From Alteromonadaceae bacterium UBA2620 (GTDB taxonomy: Bacteria > Pseudomonadota > Gammaproteobacteria > Enterobacterales > Alteromonadaceae): a DNA stretch of 64,000 nt. A program made the translations under genes and the position numbers. The stretch is from the NCBI GenBank assembly GCA_002339125.1, contig DDJQ01000105.1:127-64126 (forward strand). The letters are read 5' to 3'. This document shows positions 45,689 to 54,377 of the stretch, one piece after another. The first letter of the stretch is position 1. Every line of letters begins with the position of its first letter. The notes beneath the pieces were generated by a model that did not search any database, was not told where the DNA came from, and was given only the letters and a program-made list of their open reading frames with translations.

Positions 45689-46438
45689 TTATTTGGTTCT
45701 CCTGATGAGCACGATAATGAAAATAACTACTGCAGCAATGGCCAGGCCAAACCACTGAATGGCATAACCGAGGTGTTTTTGCGGTGACATCACAACCGGT
45801 TGCCAGTTAGTAACAAACCGGCTCATCTGAGGTTGCGACGACAGCCGCTCAACGACCATATCTGGCAGTCGCGATGCCCATTGCTGATTAAACAGAGGAA
45901 TATCTATTTGCTGCACCCGCAGCGGAAAATCATTGAATTGTTGCTGGGTTTCCTTGATTAGCGGATTAAGACCGGGCTGGGTTATTACGCCTTCGATTAC
46001 CACCGGCCCGGTGGGAAGCTCAACTGTTGGCAGCTCAGCCCGGGAAGCAGTGGCTGCTATCCAACCAAGGTTAAACAGTACCGGCCGGCCGCGGGTAATT
46101 ACCGGCACTAACACGTCATAACCGCTGGAACCATTGGTGATCTGGTTGTCCAGAAAGATAAGCTGTGTTGCCTGCAACTCACCGCGAAACTGCACCGGTA
46201 CATCACGCACATCCTGCCATTGATCGGCAACGTCGAAGGGATGCATTGGCGCAGTGGTGTATTTTTGCGCTATGCTGTCGAGACGCTGTTGTTTTTGCTC
46301 CATGCGATCAAGCTGCCAGACACCCAAAAACACCATAACTACAACCGCCATCAGCGTTAAGCAGCTTGCCAGTACCGGCCATTTATTAGGGCCGGAGCCA
46401 TTCGCCACGGAGTACTGAGGAGTTTTACTCATGGTCAT
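45689..46438 (-). CDS. SURF1 family cytochrome oxidase biogenesis protein
   Basis: GVWQL.R...K, a long periplasmic domain and a C-terminal TM helix after H.GYA.QWF. The start is taken at the ATG at 46438, upstream of which the opposite strand codes. Confidence 0.8.
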   Translation of the reverse strand: MTMSKTPQYSVANGSGPNKWPVLASCLTLMAVVVMVFLGVWQLDRMEQKQQRLDSIAQKYTTAPMHPFDVADQWQDVRDVPVQFRGELQATQLIFLDNQITNGSSGYDVLVPVITRGRPVLFNLGWIAATASRAELPTVELPTGPVVIEGVITQPGLNPLIKETQQQFNDFPLRVQQIDIPLFNQQWASRLPDMVVERLSSQPQMSRFVTNWQPVVMSPQKHLGYAIQWFGLAIAAVVIFIIVLIRRTK

Positions 46439-46640
46439 CAAAGTGATTATTGTTGGTTTACTGATTTTTATGATCATTAACCTGTTTTTAGCGATGAAAG
46501 TGATGCTGGGTAACAACTCAGGTAAAGCCCCGATGAGTAAATATATTGGCCGGCGGGTTATGACGTCGGCCCTGATTGTGGTGATCATCCTGATAGCCAT
46601 GGCCACCGGGCTGATCACGCCCAATCCGAGTCCTTATTAG
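46431..46640 (+). CDS. DUF2909-like twin-TM small protein
   Basis: 69 aa with two hydrophobic helices separated by a basic loop. This is the position typical of this family between coxC and surf1. Confidence 0.55.
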   Translation: MVIKVIIVGLLIFMIINLFLAMKVMLGNNSGKAPMSKYIGRRVMTSALIVVIILIAMATGLITPNPSPY

Positions 46641-46642
46641 CC

Positions 46643-47521
46643 TTACAACACGTAAACAAACACAAACAACATTACCCACACTACGTCGACGAAGTGCCAG
46701 TACCAGCTGCCTGCCTGAAAGGCAAAGTGATTGTCGGGGGTGAAATGACCTTTGATTACGCGCAGGAATAACACCATTAAAATGATGGTACCCAGCGTAA
46801 CGTGCATGCCGTGAAAACCGGTTAACAGGAAGAAGGTATTGCCATACACGCCGGATTGCAGGGTAAGACCCAGCTCCTGATAGGCATGAATGTATTCTTC
46901 CACCTGCAGAAACAGAAACACGCAGCCCAGCAAAATGGTGGCACCCAGCATAGTGGTAAGTTGTTTGCGTTTACCCTGTTCCAGGCCCACGTGAGCAAAG
47001 TGCAGGGTAACCGACGATATCAACAGAATAATGGTGTTGATGGTGGGCAGGCCCGCCCAGCTCATTGGCGTGGTATTAATGCCTCCCGGAGTTTCCACCA
47101 GCGGCCACATAGCCTGAAAACCCGGCCACAACACTTCGTTAGTCATGGCGTTATTCGACGAACCGCCAAGCCATGGCACTGCAATCATGCGGGCATAAAA
47201 CAGTGCACCAAAGAATGCCGCAAAAAACATCACCTCAGAGAAAATAAACCAGCTCATTCCCTGTCGGTAGGAACGACCTAACTGGTCGCTGTACAAGCCG
47301 CTCATGGACTCGTTAATCTGATCCTTAAACCAGCCAAACAGCATCACCAGTAGCATAACGATGCCTGCGCCCAGTACGTTATCGCCCCAGCCGCTCTCAC
47401 CGCGAGTGGCTTCTATAACAAAATTACCGGCCCCTACCGCAATTAAAAACAGAGCAATGGCACCCACAATAGGCCAGTAGCTCTGCGCCGGAACATAGTA
47501 TTTCTGATACTCTTGTTGCAT
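46643..47521 (-). CDS. coxC: Cytochrome c oxidase subunit III
   Basis: GFHG.HV..G and WYWHFVDVVW motifs. Confidence 0.9.
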   Translation of the reverse strand: MQQEYQKYYVPAQSYWPIVGAIALFLIAVGAGNFVIEATRGESGWGDNVLGAGIVMLLVMLFGWFKDQINESMSGLYSDQLGRSYRQGMSWFIFSEVMFFAAFFGALFYARMIAVPWLGGSSNNAMTNEVLWPGFQAMWPLVETPGGINTTPMSWAGLPTINTIILLISSVTLHFAHVGLEQGKRKQLTTMLGATILLGCVFLFLQVEEYIHAYQELGLTLQSGVYGNTFFLLTGFHGMHVTLGTIILMVLFLRVIKGHFTPDNHFAFQAGSWYWHFVDVVWVMLFVFVYVL

Positions 47522-47537
47522 TACTTTCTCCTTAGAC

Positions 47538-48113
47538 TCAGTTATCGCTAAATGAAGTCAGGAAAGGGTTATTAAGTTGTTTGTCATCGGTACCATTACC
47601 GGTGACGTCAAAAAGGGTGTATTGCACGGTAAAAAAGTGAATGTCTTCGGGCAGCTGTGGATCCACATAGAACCGCATGGGCATAAGCGACTCGCCGCCG
47701 GCTGCCAGTGGCTGACTGTTAAAACAAAAGCATTCGGTTTTGTTCAGGTACAACGCCGCCTGACCCGGTGTAACCGATGGAATGGCCTGCGCAACCATCG
47801 ACTTGTTAGCCGGGTTGCGCACATAAAATTCCACCATGTTCATTTCACCAGGATGCACTTTTACCTTTTTGGTTTGTGCTCTGAATTCCCACGGCATGCC
47901 GGTATGAGTTCGCGTAATAAACTCCACCGTAACGGTGCGCGACTCATCCACCTGCCCATCGTAGTAAACCGCGGCTGTTTCGTTGGTTTTGCCGTTGATA
48001 CCGGTGATGTCGCAAAACACGTCATACAACGGGACCAGAGCAAAACCAAAGCCGAACATACCCACTACAATCAGCAGTAATTTGGTTACCAGTGCCGAAT
48101 TGGAATTGGCCAT
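47538..48113 (-). CDS. ctaG: Cytochrome c oxidase assembly protein CtaG/Cox11
   Basis: VPLYDVFC..TG..G, the copper site CFCF and the F.V.P.. pattern. Confidence 0.9.
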   Translation of the reverse strand: MANSNSALVTKLLLIVVGMFGFGFALVPLYDVFCDITGINGKTNETAAVYYDGQVDESRTVTVEFITRTHTGMPWEFRAQTKKVKVHPGEMNMVEFYVRNPANKSMVAQAIPSVTPGQAALYLNKTECFCFNSQPLAAGGESLMPMRFYVDPQLPEDIHFFTVQYTLFDVTGNGTDDKQLNNPFLTSFSDN

Positions 48114-48123
48114 GGTTGTGCCC

Positions 48124-49740
48124 TTACTTCACAACCGGTGGCGTTTCAAAAGTGTGATAAGGCGCCGGTGAGGGGATTTCCCACTCCAGACCTTCCGCAC
48201 CGTCCCAAACCTGATCAGACACCGGCTCACCCTGTTTACGACAGGCTTTAATCATCACCGCCAGGAAGATGAGCTGCGAGAGACCAAAGGCAAAACCGCC
48301 CAGGCTAATCCACTTGTTGAAGTCAGCAAATTGCAGAGCGTAGTCCGGGATCCGTCGCGGCATACCCGCCAGCCCTACAAAGTGCATTGGGAAAAACAGC
48401 ACGTTAACCGAAATCAGCGAGCACCAGAAATGCCATTTCGCCAGGGTGATATCGAACATGCGGCCGGTCCATTTCGGGATCCAGTAATACACCGCCGCCA
48501 TAATCGAGAACACCGCGCCGGTTACCAGCACATAGTGGAAGTGCGCCACCACAAAGTAGGTATCATGGTATTGGAAATCCACCGGCGTAATCGCCAGCAT
48601 CAGGCCCGACAAACCACCAATGGTGAACAACACAATAAAGGCAATAGCAAACATCATAGGGATTTCGAAGGTCATGGACCCACGCCACATGGTGGCTACC
48701 CAGTTAAATACTTTCACCCCGGTGGGTACCGATATCAGCATGGTGGCAAACATAAAGAACATCTCTGCCGCCACCGGCATTCCCGTAGTAAACATATGGT
48801 GAGCCCACACAATAAAGCTCAACAGCGCAATGGAGGCCGTGGCATAAACCATGGAGGCGTAACCAAACAAACGCTTACGGGCAAAGGTAGGAATAATCTG
48901 CGAGATAATACCGAAGGCCGGTAAAATCATGATGTACACCTCAGGATGACCGAAGAACCAGAAGATATGCTGGAACATCACCGGATCGCCACCACCGGCA
49001 GCATCAAAGAAGCTGGTACCAAAGAACTTATCGGTAAGCACCATGGTCACCGCACCTGCCAGTACCGGCATAACGGCAATCAACAGGAATGCAGTGATCA
49101 GCCAGGTCCACACAAACAGCGGCATTTTCATCCAGGTCATGCCCGGCGCCCGCATGTTAAAGATGGTCACAATCACGTTTATCGCGCCCATAATGGATGA
49201 AATACCCATGATGTGCACCGAGAACACGAACAATGCCGTACTGTCGCCACTATAGGTAGTAGACAGCGGTGCATAGAACGTCCAGCCAAAAGCCGGGCCA
49301 CCGCCCTCAACAAACAGTGAGGCCAGTAAAATAGTAAAGGCGAACGGCAGGATCCAGAAACTCCAGTTGTTCATCCGCGGCAACGCCATATCCGGCGCAC
49401 CGATCATCATGGGGATCAGCCAGTTAGCCAAACCGGTAAAGGCCGGCATAACTGCCCCGAACACCATGATAAGACCATGCACGGTGGTCATCTGGTTAAA
49501 GAAATTAGGTTCCACAATTTGTAACCCGGGCTGAAACAGTTCGGCCCGGATCACCATAGCCATGGCGCCGCCCACTAAAAACATAATGAAGGCAAACCAC
49601 AGGTACAGTGTGCCGATGTCTTTATGGTTGGTAGTCAGTACCCAGCGCATTAAGCCTTTGGGAATATGATGCTCGTGATGGTCGTCGTGTGCATCTGCCT
49701 CCCCGTGGGCGGGGCTGATAATCTCAGTTGCTTTGCTCAT
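48124..49740 (-). CDS. ctaD: Cytochrome c oxidase subunit I
   Basis: [20 protein letters not shown] and HHMF..G motifs. Confidence 0.95.
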   Translation of the reverse strand: MSKATEIISPAHGEADAHDDHHEHHIPKGLMRWVLTTNHKDIGTLYLWFAFIMFLVGGAMAMVIRAELFQPGLQIVEPNFFNQMTTVHGLIMVFGAVMPAFTGLANWLIPMMIGAPDMALPRMNNWSFWILPFAFTILLASLFVEGGGPAFGWTFYAPLSTTYSGDSTALFVFSVHIMGISSIMGAINVIVTIFNMRAPGMTWMKMPLFVWTWLITAFLLIAVMPVLAGAVTMVLTDKFFGTSFFDAAGGGDPVMFQHIFWFFGHPEVYIMILPAFGIISQIIPTFARKRLFGYASMVYATASIALLSFIVWAHHMFTTGMPVAAEMFFMFATMLISVPTGVKVFNWVATMWRGSMTFEIPMMFAIAFIVLFTIGGLSGLMLAITPVDFQYHDTYFVVAHFHYVLVTGAVFSIMAAVYYWIPKWTGRMFDITLAKWHFWCSLISVNVLFFPMHFVGLAGMPRRIPDYALQFADFNKWISLGGFAFGLSQLIFLAVMIKACRKQGEPVSDQVWDGAEGLEWEIPSPAPYHTFETPPVVK

Positions 49741-49749
49741 GTTCTGCTC

Positions 49750-50910
49750 CTATTCCCCGCTGGCCACAGCGTTAACATCTTTGGCCTGCACCATATCACC
49801 GGTGTTATTGCCCCAGGCGTTACGCTCATAGGTAATCACCGCAGCCAGTTCTTTAAGGCTCAGCATTTTGCCAAACGCCTGCATGGCGGTGCCGGTTTTA
49901 CCGTTTAATACAATGTCGATATGCCCTTGCATGTCGTTGAGTGCCATGGGGCTGCCTTTCAGGGCCGGGAATACGCCAGGTAAGCCTTCGCCGTTAGGCA
50001 TATGGCAGGCTGCGCAGGTAGCGTTGTACACGCGCTCGCCCTCGGTCATCAGCTCTTCCATCGACATATTCATCGCCAGTAAGCGCTGTTCTTCCTCGCG
50101 GGCTTGCTGACGAATGGACTCCTGCTCACTAACCCAGGCTTCATAAGCAGCCGGCTCTTTGGCAATCACCACTACCGGCATAAACCCATGGTCTTTACCG
50201 CACAGTTCAGCGCACTGACCACGATAAATCCCCGGCTCATCTACCCGTGTCCAGGCTTCATTAATAAAGCCCGGGTTAGCATCTTTTTTCACTGCGAAAT
50301 CAGGCACCCACCACGAGTGGATCACGTCGTCAGAGGTGATCAGAAAGCGTACTTTCTGCCCGGTTGGGATTACCAAAGGGCGGTCGACTTCCAGCAAGTA
50401 GTTTTCGCCCTTGGCGTAGCGGTTATCGATTTGTTCACGCTGAGTCGCCAGCAGTGAATAAAACTCCACGTCGCGATCCATATACTTGTAATGCCATTTC
50501 CACTGCGAACCGGTTACCAGCACGGTCATATCCGGTTCGGTAGTATCTTCCATTGCTAGCAGTGTTTTGGCGGCTGGTACAGCCATAAAGATAAGAATTA
50601 AGAAGGGTAAAACGGTCCAGGCTATTTCGACTTTCACACTCTCGTGAAAGTTAGCTGGTTTTGCACCCCGTGATTTGCGATGCAAATACATAGAAACAAA
50701 CATGATCCCAAACACGACTACTGCGATCCCCACACAAATGGAGAACATCAGCATGTGCAGATCGTAAACCTGGCCACTGATCTCTGTCGCACCACGCCGC
50801 AGATTCAGTGCCGACACTTCGCCGCTTCCTGCTGCTACCGCTGTCGCGCCAGCTACCAACAGAACGAGTGCTGTCCAGGCTTTCAGTACACATATCCCGA
50901 GTTGTTTCAC
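49750..50910 (-). CDS. coxB: Cytochrome c oxidase subunit II with fused C-terminal cytochrome c domain
   Basis: The CuA site is DVIHSWWVP...CAELCG..H..M. A C-terminal CAACH heme-binding motif is present. Confidence 0.9.
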   Translation of the reverse strand: MKQLGICVLKAWTALVLLVAGATAVAAGSGEVSALNLRRGATEISGQVYDLHMLMFSICVGIAVVVFGIMFVSMYLHRKSRGAKPANFHESVKVEIAWTVLPFLILIFMAVPAAKTLLAMEDTTEPDMTVLVTGSQWKWHYKYMDRDVEFYSLLATQREQIDNRYAKGENYLLEVDRPLVIPTGQKVRFLITSDDVIHSWWVPDFAVKKDANPGFINEAWTRVDEPGIYRGQCAELCGKDHGFMPVVVIAKEPAAYEAWVSEQESIRQQAREEEQRLLAMNMSMEELMTEGERVYNATCAACHMPNGEGLPGVFPALKGSPMALNDMQGHIDIVLNGKTGTAMQAFGKMLSLKELAAVITYERNAWGNNTGDMVQAKDVNAVASGE

Positions 50911-51240
50911 TCGACACCTCCGTTAGACCGGTAGCCACTCGCGAAACGCCCCAATGCGAAAAAGCCTGACTGGTCTGTATTGGTTGTTATTTGAACTGCC
51001 TTTTTAATATTTTGTGCTTACTTTGTTATTTTATTGTTAAGCACTGTATAAGAATTACTCATTGTGACTATAACGTCCAGCTATTTTTGTCTAAAATTCG
51101 GATAAATGGTTATTTTTTGTGCGAGGAGGGTAATCGGCGTGAATTTTGTTAGTGAGCTTTTACTAACTTAATAAGCAGACCTGAACAGGCAAAAAGTACC
51201 GGGAAAGCGTGGCTTAAGGGAAATAAAACCCTAAAAGCAA

Positions 51241-51264
51241 GAAAACCGGCGAATGCCGGTTTTC
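51241..51264 (-). terminator. Rho-independent terminator after lexA
   Basis: On the minus strand, GAAAACCGGC-ATTC-GCCGGTTTTC is followed by a T-rich run. Confidence 0.6.
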
Positions 51265-51299
51265 AAATTCATAGATTTAAAAAATAATGCCTGGTGTTC

Positions 51300-51923
51300 T
51301 TACATCCAGTCGGCATTACGGATTACGCCTACAGCGATACCTTCGATATTAAACGGCTGATCAGCCAAATCGACCTTAATGGGTGAGAATTCTTCATTTT
51401 CTGCATGCAGCAGTACTTCACGACCACGCTTTTCCAAACGCTTTACGGTAACGTCTTCATCTACCCGGGCCACCACTACCTGTCCATTGTGGACATCGCT
51501 GGTGCGGTGCACTGCTAACAAATCGCCGTCCAGTATGCCTATGTCTTTCATACTCATACCGTTTACACGCAGCAGGAAATCGGCTTTTGGATGGAATAAC
51601 GCCGGATCCACTTTATAGTGCATTTCCACATGTTCCTGAGCCAGAATCGGCTCGCCAGCCGCAACCCGGCCAATCAGCGGTAAGCCTTCTTCTTCCACTT
51701 CGTCATCCAGCGGAATATTAAGCTTAATCCCCCGCGAAGTACCCGGAAGTATTTCAATCACGCCTTTTTTCGCCAACGCCTTTAAATGCTCTTCTGCAGC
51801 ATTAGCAGAGCGAAAGCCTAACTGACGGGCAATCTCAGCACGCGTGGGCGGCATACCAGTATCCAGCATAGTGGATTTGATCAGATCGAGTACTTCTTGT
51901 TGTCGGGGGGTTAGTGGACGCAT
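51300..51923 (-). CDS. lexA: LexA repressor
   Basis: LT.RQQEV.DLI, the [11 protein letters not shown] cleavage site AG, and the SM.D.GI..GDL...K catalytic Ser/Lys. Confidence 0.95.
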   Translation of the reverse strand: MRPLTPRQQEVLDLIKSTMLDTGMPPTRAEIARQLGFRSANAAEEHLKALAKKGVIEILPGTSRGIKLNIPLDDEVEEEGLPLIGRVAAGEPILAQEHVEMHYKVDPALFHPKADFLLRVNGMSMKDIGILDGDLLAVHRTSDVHNGQVVVARVDEDVTVKRLEKRGREVLLHAENEEFSPIKVDLADQPFNIEGIAVGVIRNADWM

Positions 51924-51930
51924 AAACAGC

Positions 51931-51946
51931 CTGTTATTCCATACAG
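51931..51946. promoter_or_regulatory. SOS box CTGT-TATTCCAT-ACAG
   Basis: CTGT-N8-ACAG lies 8 bp upstream of the lexA start codon. Confidence 0.75.
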
Positions 51947-52078
51947 TTGTTAGCAGTATAACGACTAAAACTTAAAACACAACGATTTTTGCTGGATCCA
52001 ATTTAAGGCTCAACTAATCCATAGTACGATTTATTCAGCCGATAACAGGATGAAATAATCAAAAAGGATATTGCGATT

Positions 52079-52516
52079 GTGTCCAGCCATCGTGAAAGTA
52101 TTTTTAAGAGAAATAATGTTTTAGCTCGAATTTATATTGTCATATTTCTTATAGGACTCTGGTTATACCAATATGTTGTTAGGGATCCAGCAAGCATCGA
52201 CCCAGAAACGCTAGCTAAGTATGAACTTGGCCTTTATGGCACGCCGATAATTGTCATGTATTGTATTTTCGAGCTTTGGCGCACGTTTAATTATCCGTAT
52301 AAGTTAATTATCAATGACGAAAAGAAAACGCTGACTGAAATCTACCTGATGAGTCAAAATACACTTACCTATCTGAGTATAGAGAAGGCACAAGTACGTG
52401 CTGGATTAGTTTTCCTGGTTGCCCTGCGTATTTCGGTGAATTCGATCAGGCGTTTCGGAGTTATCCGATCACTTTTTCATCTTCTTTTTCGTCCCTGCCA
52501 GTTTTACCTTAAGTGA
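52079..52516 (+). CDS. Hypothetical membrane protein, probably disrupted (3' part reads into IS-derived sequence)
   Basis: AT-rich. The N-terminus has two TM helices. The C-terminal approx. 30 codons overlap the putative IS end and look non-native. Confidence 0.3.
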   Translation: MSSHRESIFKRNNVLARIYIVIFLIGLWLYQYVVRDPASIDPETLAKYELGLYGTPIIVMYCIFELWRTFNYPYKLIINDEKKTLTEIYLMSQNTLTYLSIEKAQVRAGLVFLVALRISVNSIRRFGVIRSLFHLLFRPCQFYLK

Positions 52517-53178
52517 TCGGATTGGTCTAGTTTTCTCATCGACTCTCCCGTGAGTTCAATGCGATGACTATTGTGTAATAATCGGTCGAGTAAGGCATCG
52601 GCTACGGTGGGATTGGTCATCAACTTGTACCACTCAGCAACCGGTAATTGACTGGCAATGATGGTGCTGGCGTTTTGGTATCGCTCCTCCATCACATCGA
52701 GCAGGTCATTTGCTTGTCGTGCGTTGAGTTTTTCCATTCCCCAGTCATCCAGGATGAGTAGCTTTTTCTTAGCAATTTGGGCCAGTTGCTGACGGTAGCT
52801 GCCATCGGCGTGGCCGATGTTTAGCTCATCAAGGAGTTGCCCTAAGCGGTAATAGCGGACGGTTTGGTGTTGCTCACAGGCTTGTTTGGCTAATGCGCAG
52901 GCAAGGTAGGTTTTGCCGCAGCCAGTGGCCCCCGTGATGATTATATTGTGCGCGTGGTGCAGGTATTGTCCGCTGAGTAGCGAGCCGATTTTATCTTTAC
53001 GTAACCCACGTTCACTGCGGTACTTCAAGCGGCTGGCATGTGCATCAAGGCGCAGTGATGCTTGCTTTAGCAGTCGCTTCACCTTAGTAGACTGACGGCA
53101 GTGAATTTCGTGCTGGGCTAATAACCCCAGCCGTTCCTCGAAGCTCATATCCTCGTAAGTAGTGGCTTGACCATTCAA
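52430..53178 (-). mobile_element. IS21-family remnant (istB only; istA absent)
   Basis: Contains an IstB-type ORF lacking its N-terminus. Three copies of a (A/T)(T/C)CGATCA motif lie at or near the 3' end (52444-52451, 52463-52472, inverted at 52513-52522), reminiscent of the multiple terminal repeats of IS21-family ends. Confidence 0.55.
52504..53178 (-). pseudogene. istB: IstB-like AAA+ transposition helper, 5'-truncated by about 30 codons
   Basis: SFEERLGLL, Walker A GATGCGKTYLACA, Walker B LLILDDWG and ADALLDRLLHNSHRIELTGESMRK. The usual N-terminal helix (LKL.GM...) is missing and no ATG start exists. Confidence 0.7.
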
Positions 53179-53789
53179 TCGCAGTATTGAATATCACTAA
53201 TTTCTTCTATGCAGTAAGGATTAACGTGCCACTTTATTATCTGAAATTCGTCAAAGTGAATTCTGTGCGAACTTGTAAGAGACAAATAAATCTCGAAATA
53301 ATCCATGACAGGATTGTGCGATAGGATTTGCATAATGTGAATAAAATGCTGGTCATGTCGCCGGGGTTGCATCATCTCCACAATACTATTTATCCGTAAA
53401 TTGTCCTTATCTATTCTCATTGTGGGGCGATTAATATTAAGGACTACAGCGTCTTTCTCTGGCAGAAAATCTATAGACACTTCAAATTCGACGTCCATTG
53501 GAAGTTGTAAACGCTGAGTCACAGACTCGTTAAAATTATCGCTATGGAATCCCAAATCAGTTCGATTAGTAAGACGCCGATGGAACTTAGTGTAAATCTT
53601 GAAGCGCACATTTGCTGTCAGGTCGTTACTAATGGTCAGCGTGTTTGGCCGGCCAATCCTGCGAAACCAATCATAAAATCTCTGTGAAAACTGGGGGAGA
53701 GGTTTTCAGACCATTTCATATAGCCAAGCCAAGGCACTACTTCACGAGTGGCCAAATATTCATCCTCTGTATCAATCATCTGAAAGACC
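53175..53789 (-). pseudogene. Unknown gene, apparently frameshifted at a C5 run and ending exactly at the IS remnant junction
   Basis: The ATG at 53789 opens a 47-codon frame ending at a TGA at 53646. A second frame is open from about 53713 to 53175. The two overlap around GGGGG (53694-53698, plus strand). Confidence 0.35.
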
Positions 53790-53910
53790 GTATCTGGATC
53801 ACAAGATAATGGATCTTAATTTGTTTTTTCTTTGGTGGATACGTATTTTAATCCGCCGTCAAAATCATGCTCTTTGTTTCATCTTTTTCAAAAAATCACT
53901 TGCCAGAAAA

Positions 53911-53926
53911 GATTACACATGTAATC
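53911..53926. promoter_or_regulatory. BlaI/MecI-type operator GATTACA-CA-TGTAATC
   Basis: Perfect 7-bp inverted arms containing TACA/TGTA, 59 bp upstream of the BlaI-family gene. Confidence 0.6.
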
Positions 53927-53939
53927 TTAAAAACAGATC

Positions 53940-53955
53940 GACTACAAATGTAATC
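53940..53955. promoter_or_regulatory. Second operator GACTACA-AA-TGTAATC
   Basis: One mismatch to the first operator, 30 bp upstream of the start codon. Confidence 0.55.
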
Positions 53956-53984
53956 ATCAAATTGAATTTGGGAAGAGGTGATCG

Positions 53985-54377
53985 ATGAGTAACGACAATC
54001 CAAAAGCGGATATCTCCAACGCCGAATTTGAAGTGCTCGATGTACTGTGGGATGACTACCCCGCCACATCCAGCGATATTGTTGAACGTTTAAATCAAAA
54101 AAAGCCGTGGCACGATAAAACCGTAAAAACCCTGCTCAGCCGATTAGTTAAGAAGGGCGTAGTGGACTTTGATAAGGCCCAGCGTCAGTACCTATACCGC
54201 CCGCTGATTGCCAGGGAAGACTACACCAAAAAAGAAGCCTCCAGCTTTGTGAGCCGAATATTTAAAGGCAAGGTAGCGCCTCTGGTAGCCGGGTTTGCCA
54301 ACCAGAATTCGCTGTCTCAACAGGACGTGGATGAGCTTAAGGCGCTGATTAAACAGTGGGAGCAAAACAATGACTGA
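53985..54377 (+). CDS. BlaI/MecI/CopY family transcriptional repressor
   Basis: Winged-helix N-terminus (E.EVL.VLW.....T..DIV..L......W..KTV.TLL.RL..KG). Confidence 0.9.
   Translation: MSNDNPKADISNAEFEVLDVLWDDYPATSSDIVERLNQKKPWHDKTVKTLLSRLVKKGVVDFDKAQRQYLYRPLIAREDYTKKEASSFVSRIFKGKVAPLVAGFANQNSLSQQDVDELKALIKQWEQNND

Noticed and set aside
48331-48924. Long antisense ORFs inside the cytochrome oxidase genes (48331-48924, 47577-48080, 46856-47281, 50104-50457)
   Set aside because: They lie fully within, and antisense to, genes with unmistakable CoxA/Cox11/CoxC/CoxB motifs. Their translations are Arg/His/Gly-rich junk typical of shadow frames.
51044-51059. Possible LexA box CTGTATAAGAATTACT upstream of coxB
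   Set aside because: The second half-site is TACT, not ACAG, so it fails the CTGT-N8-ACAG core.
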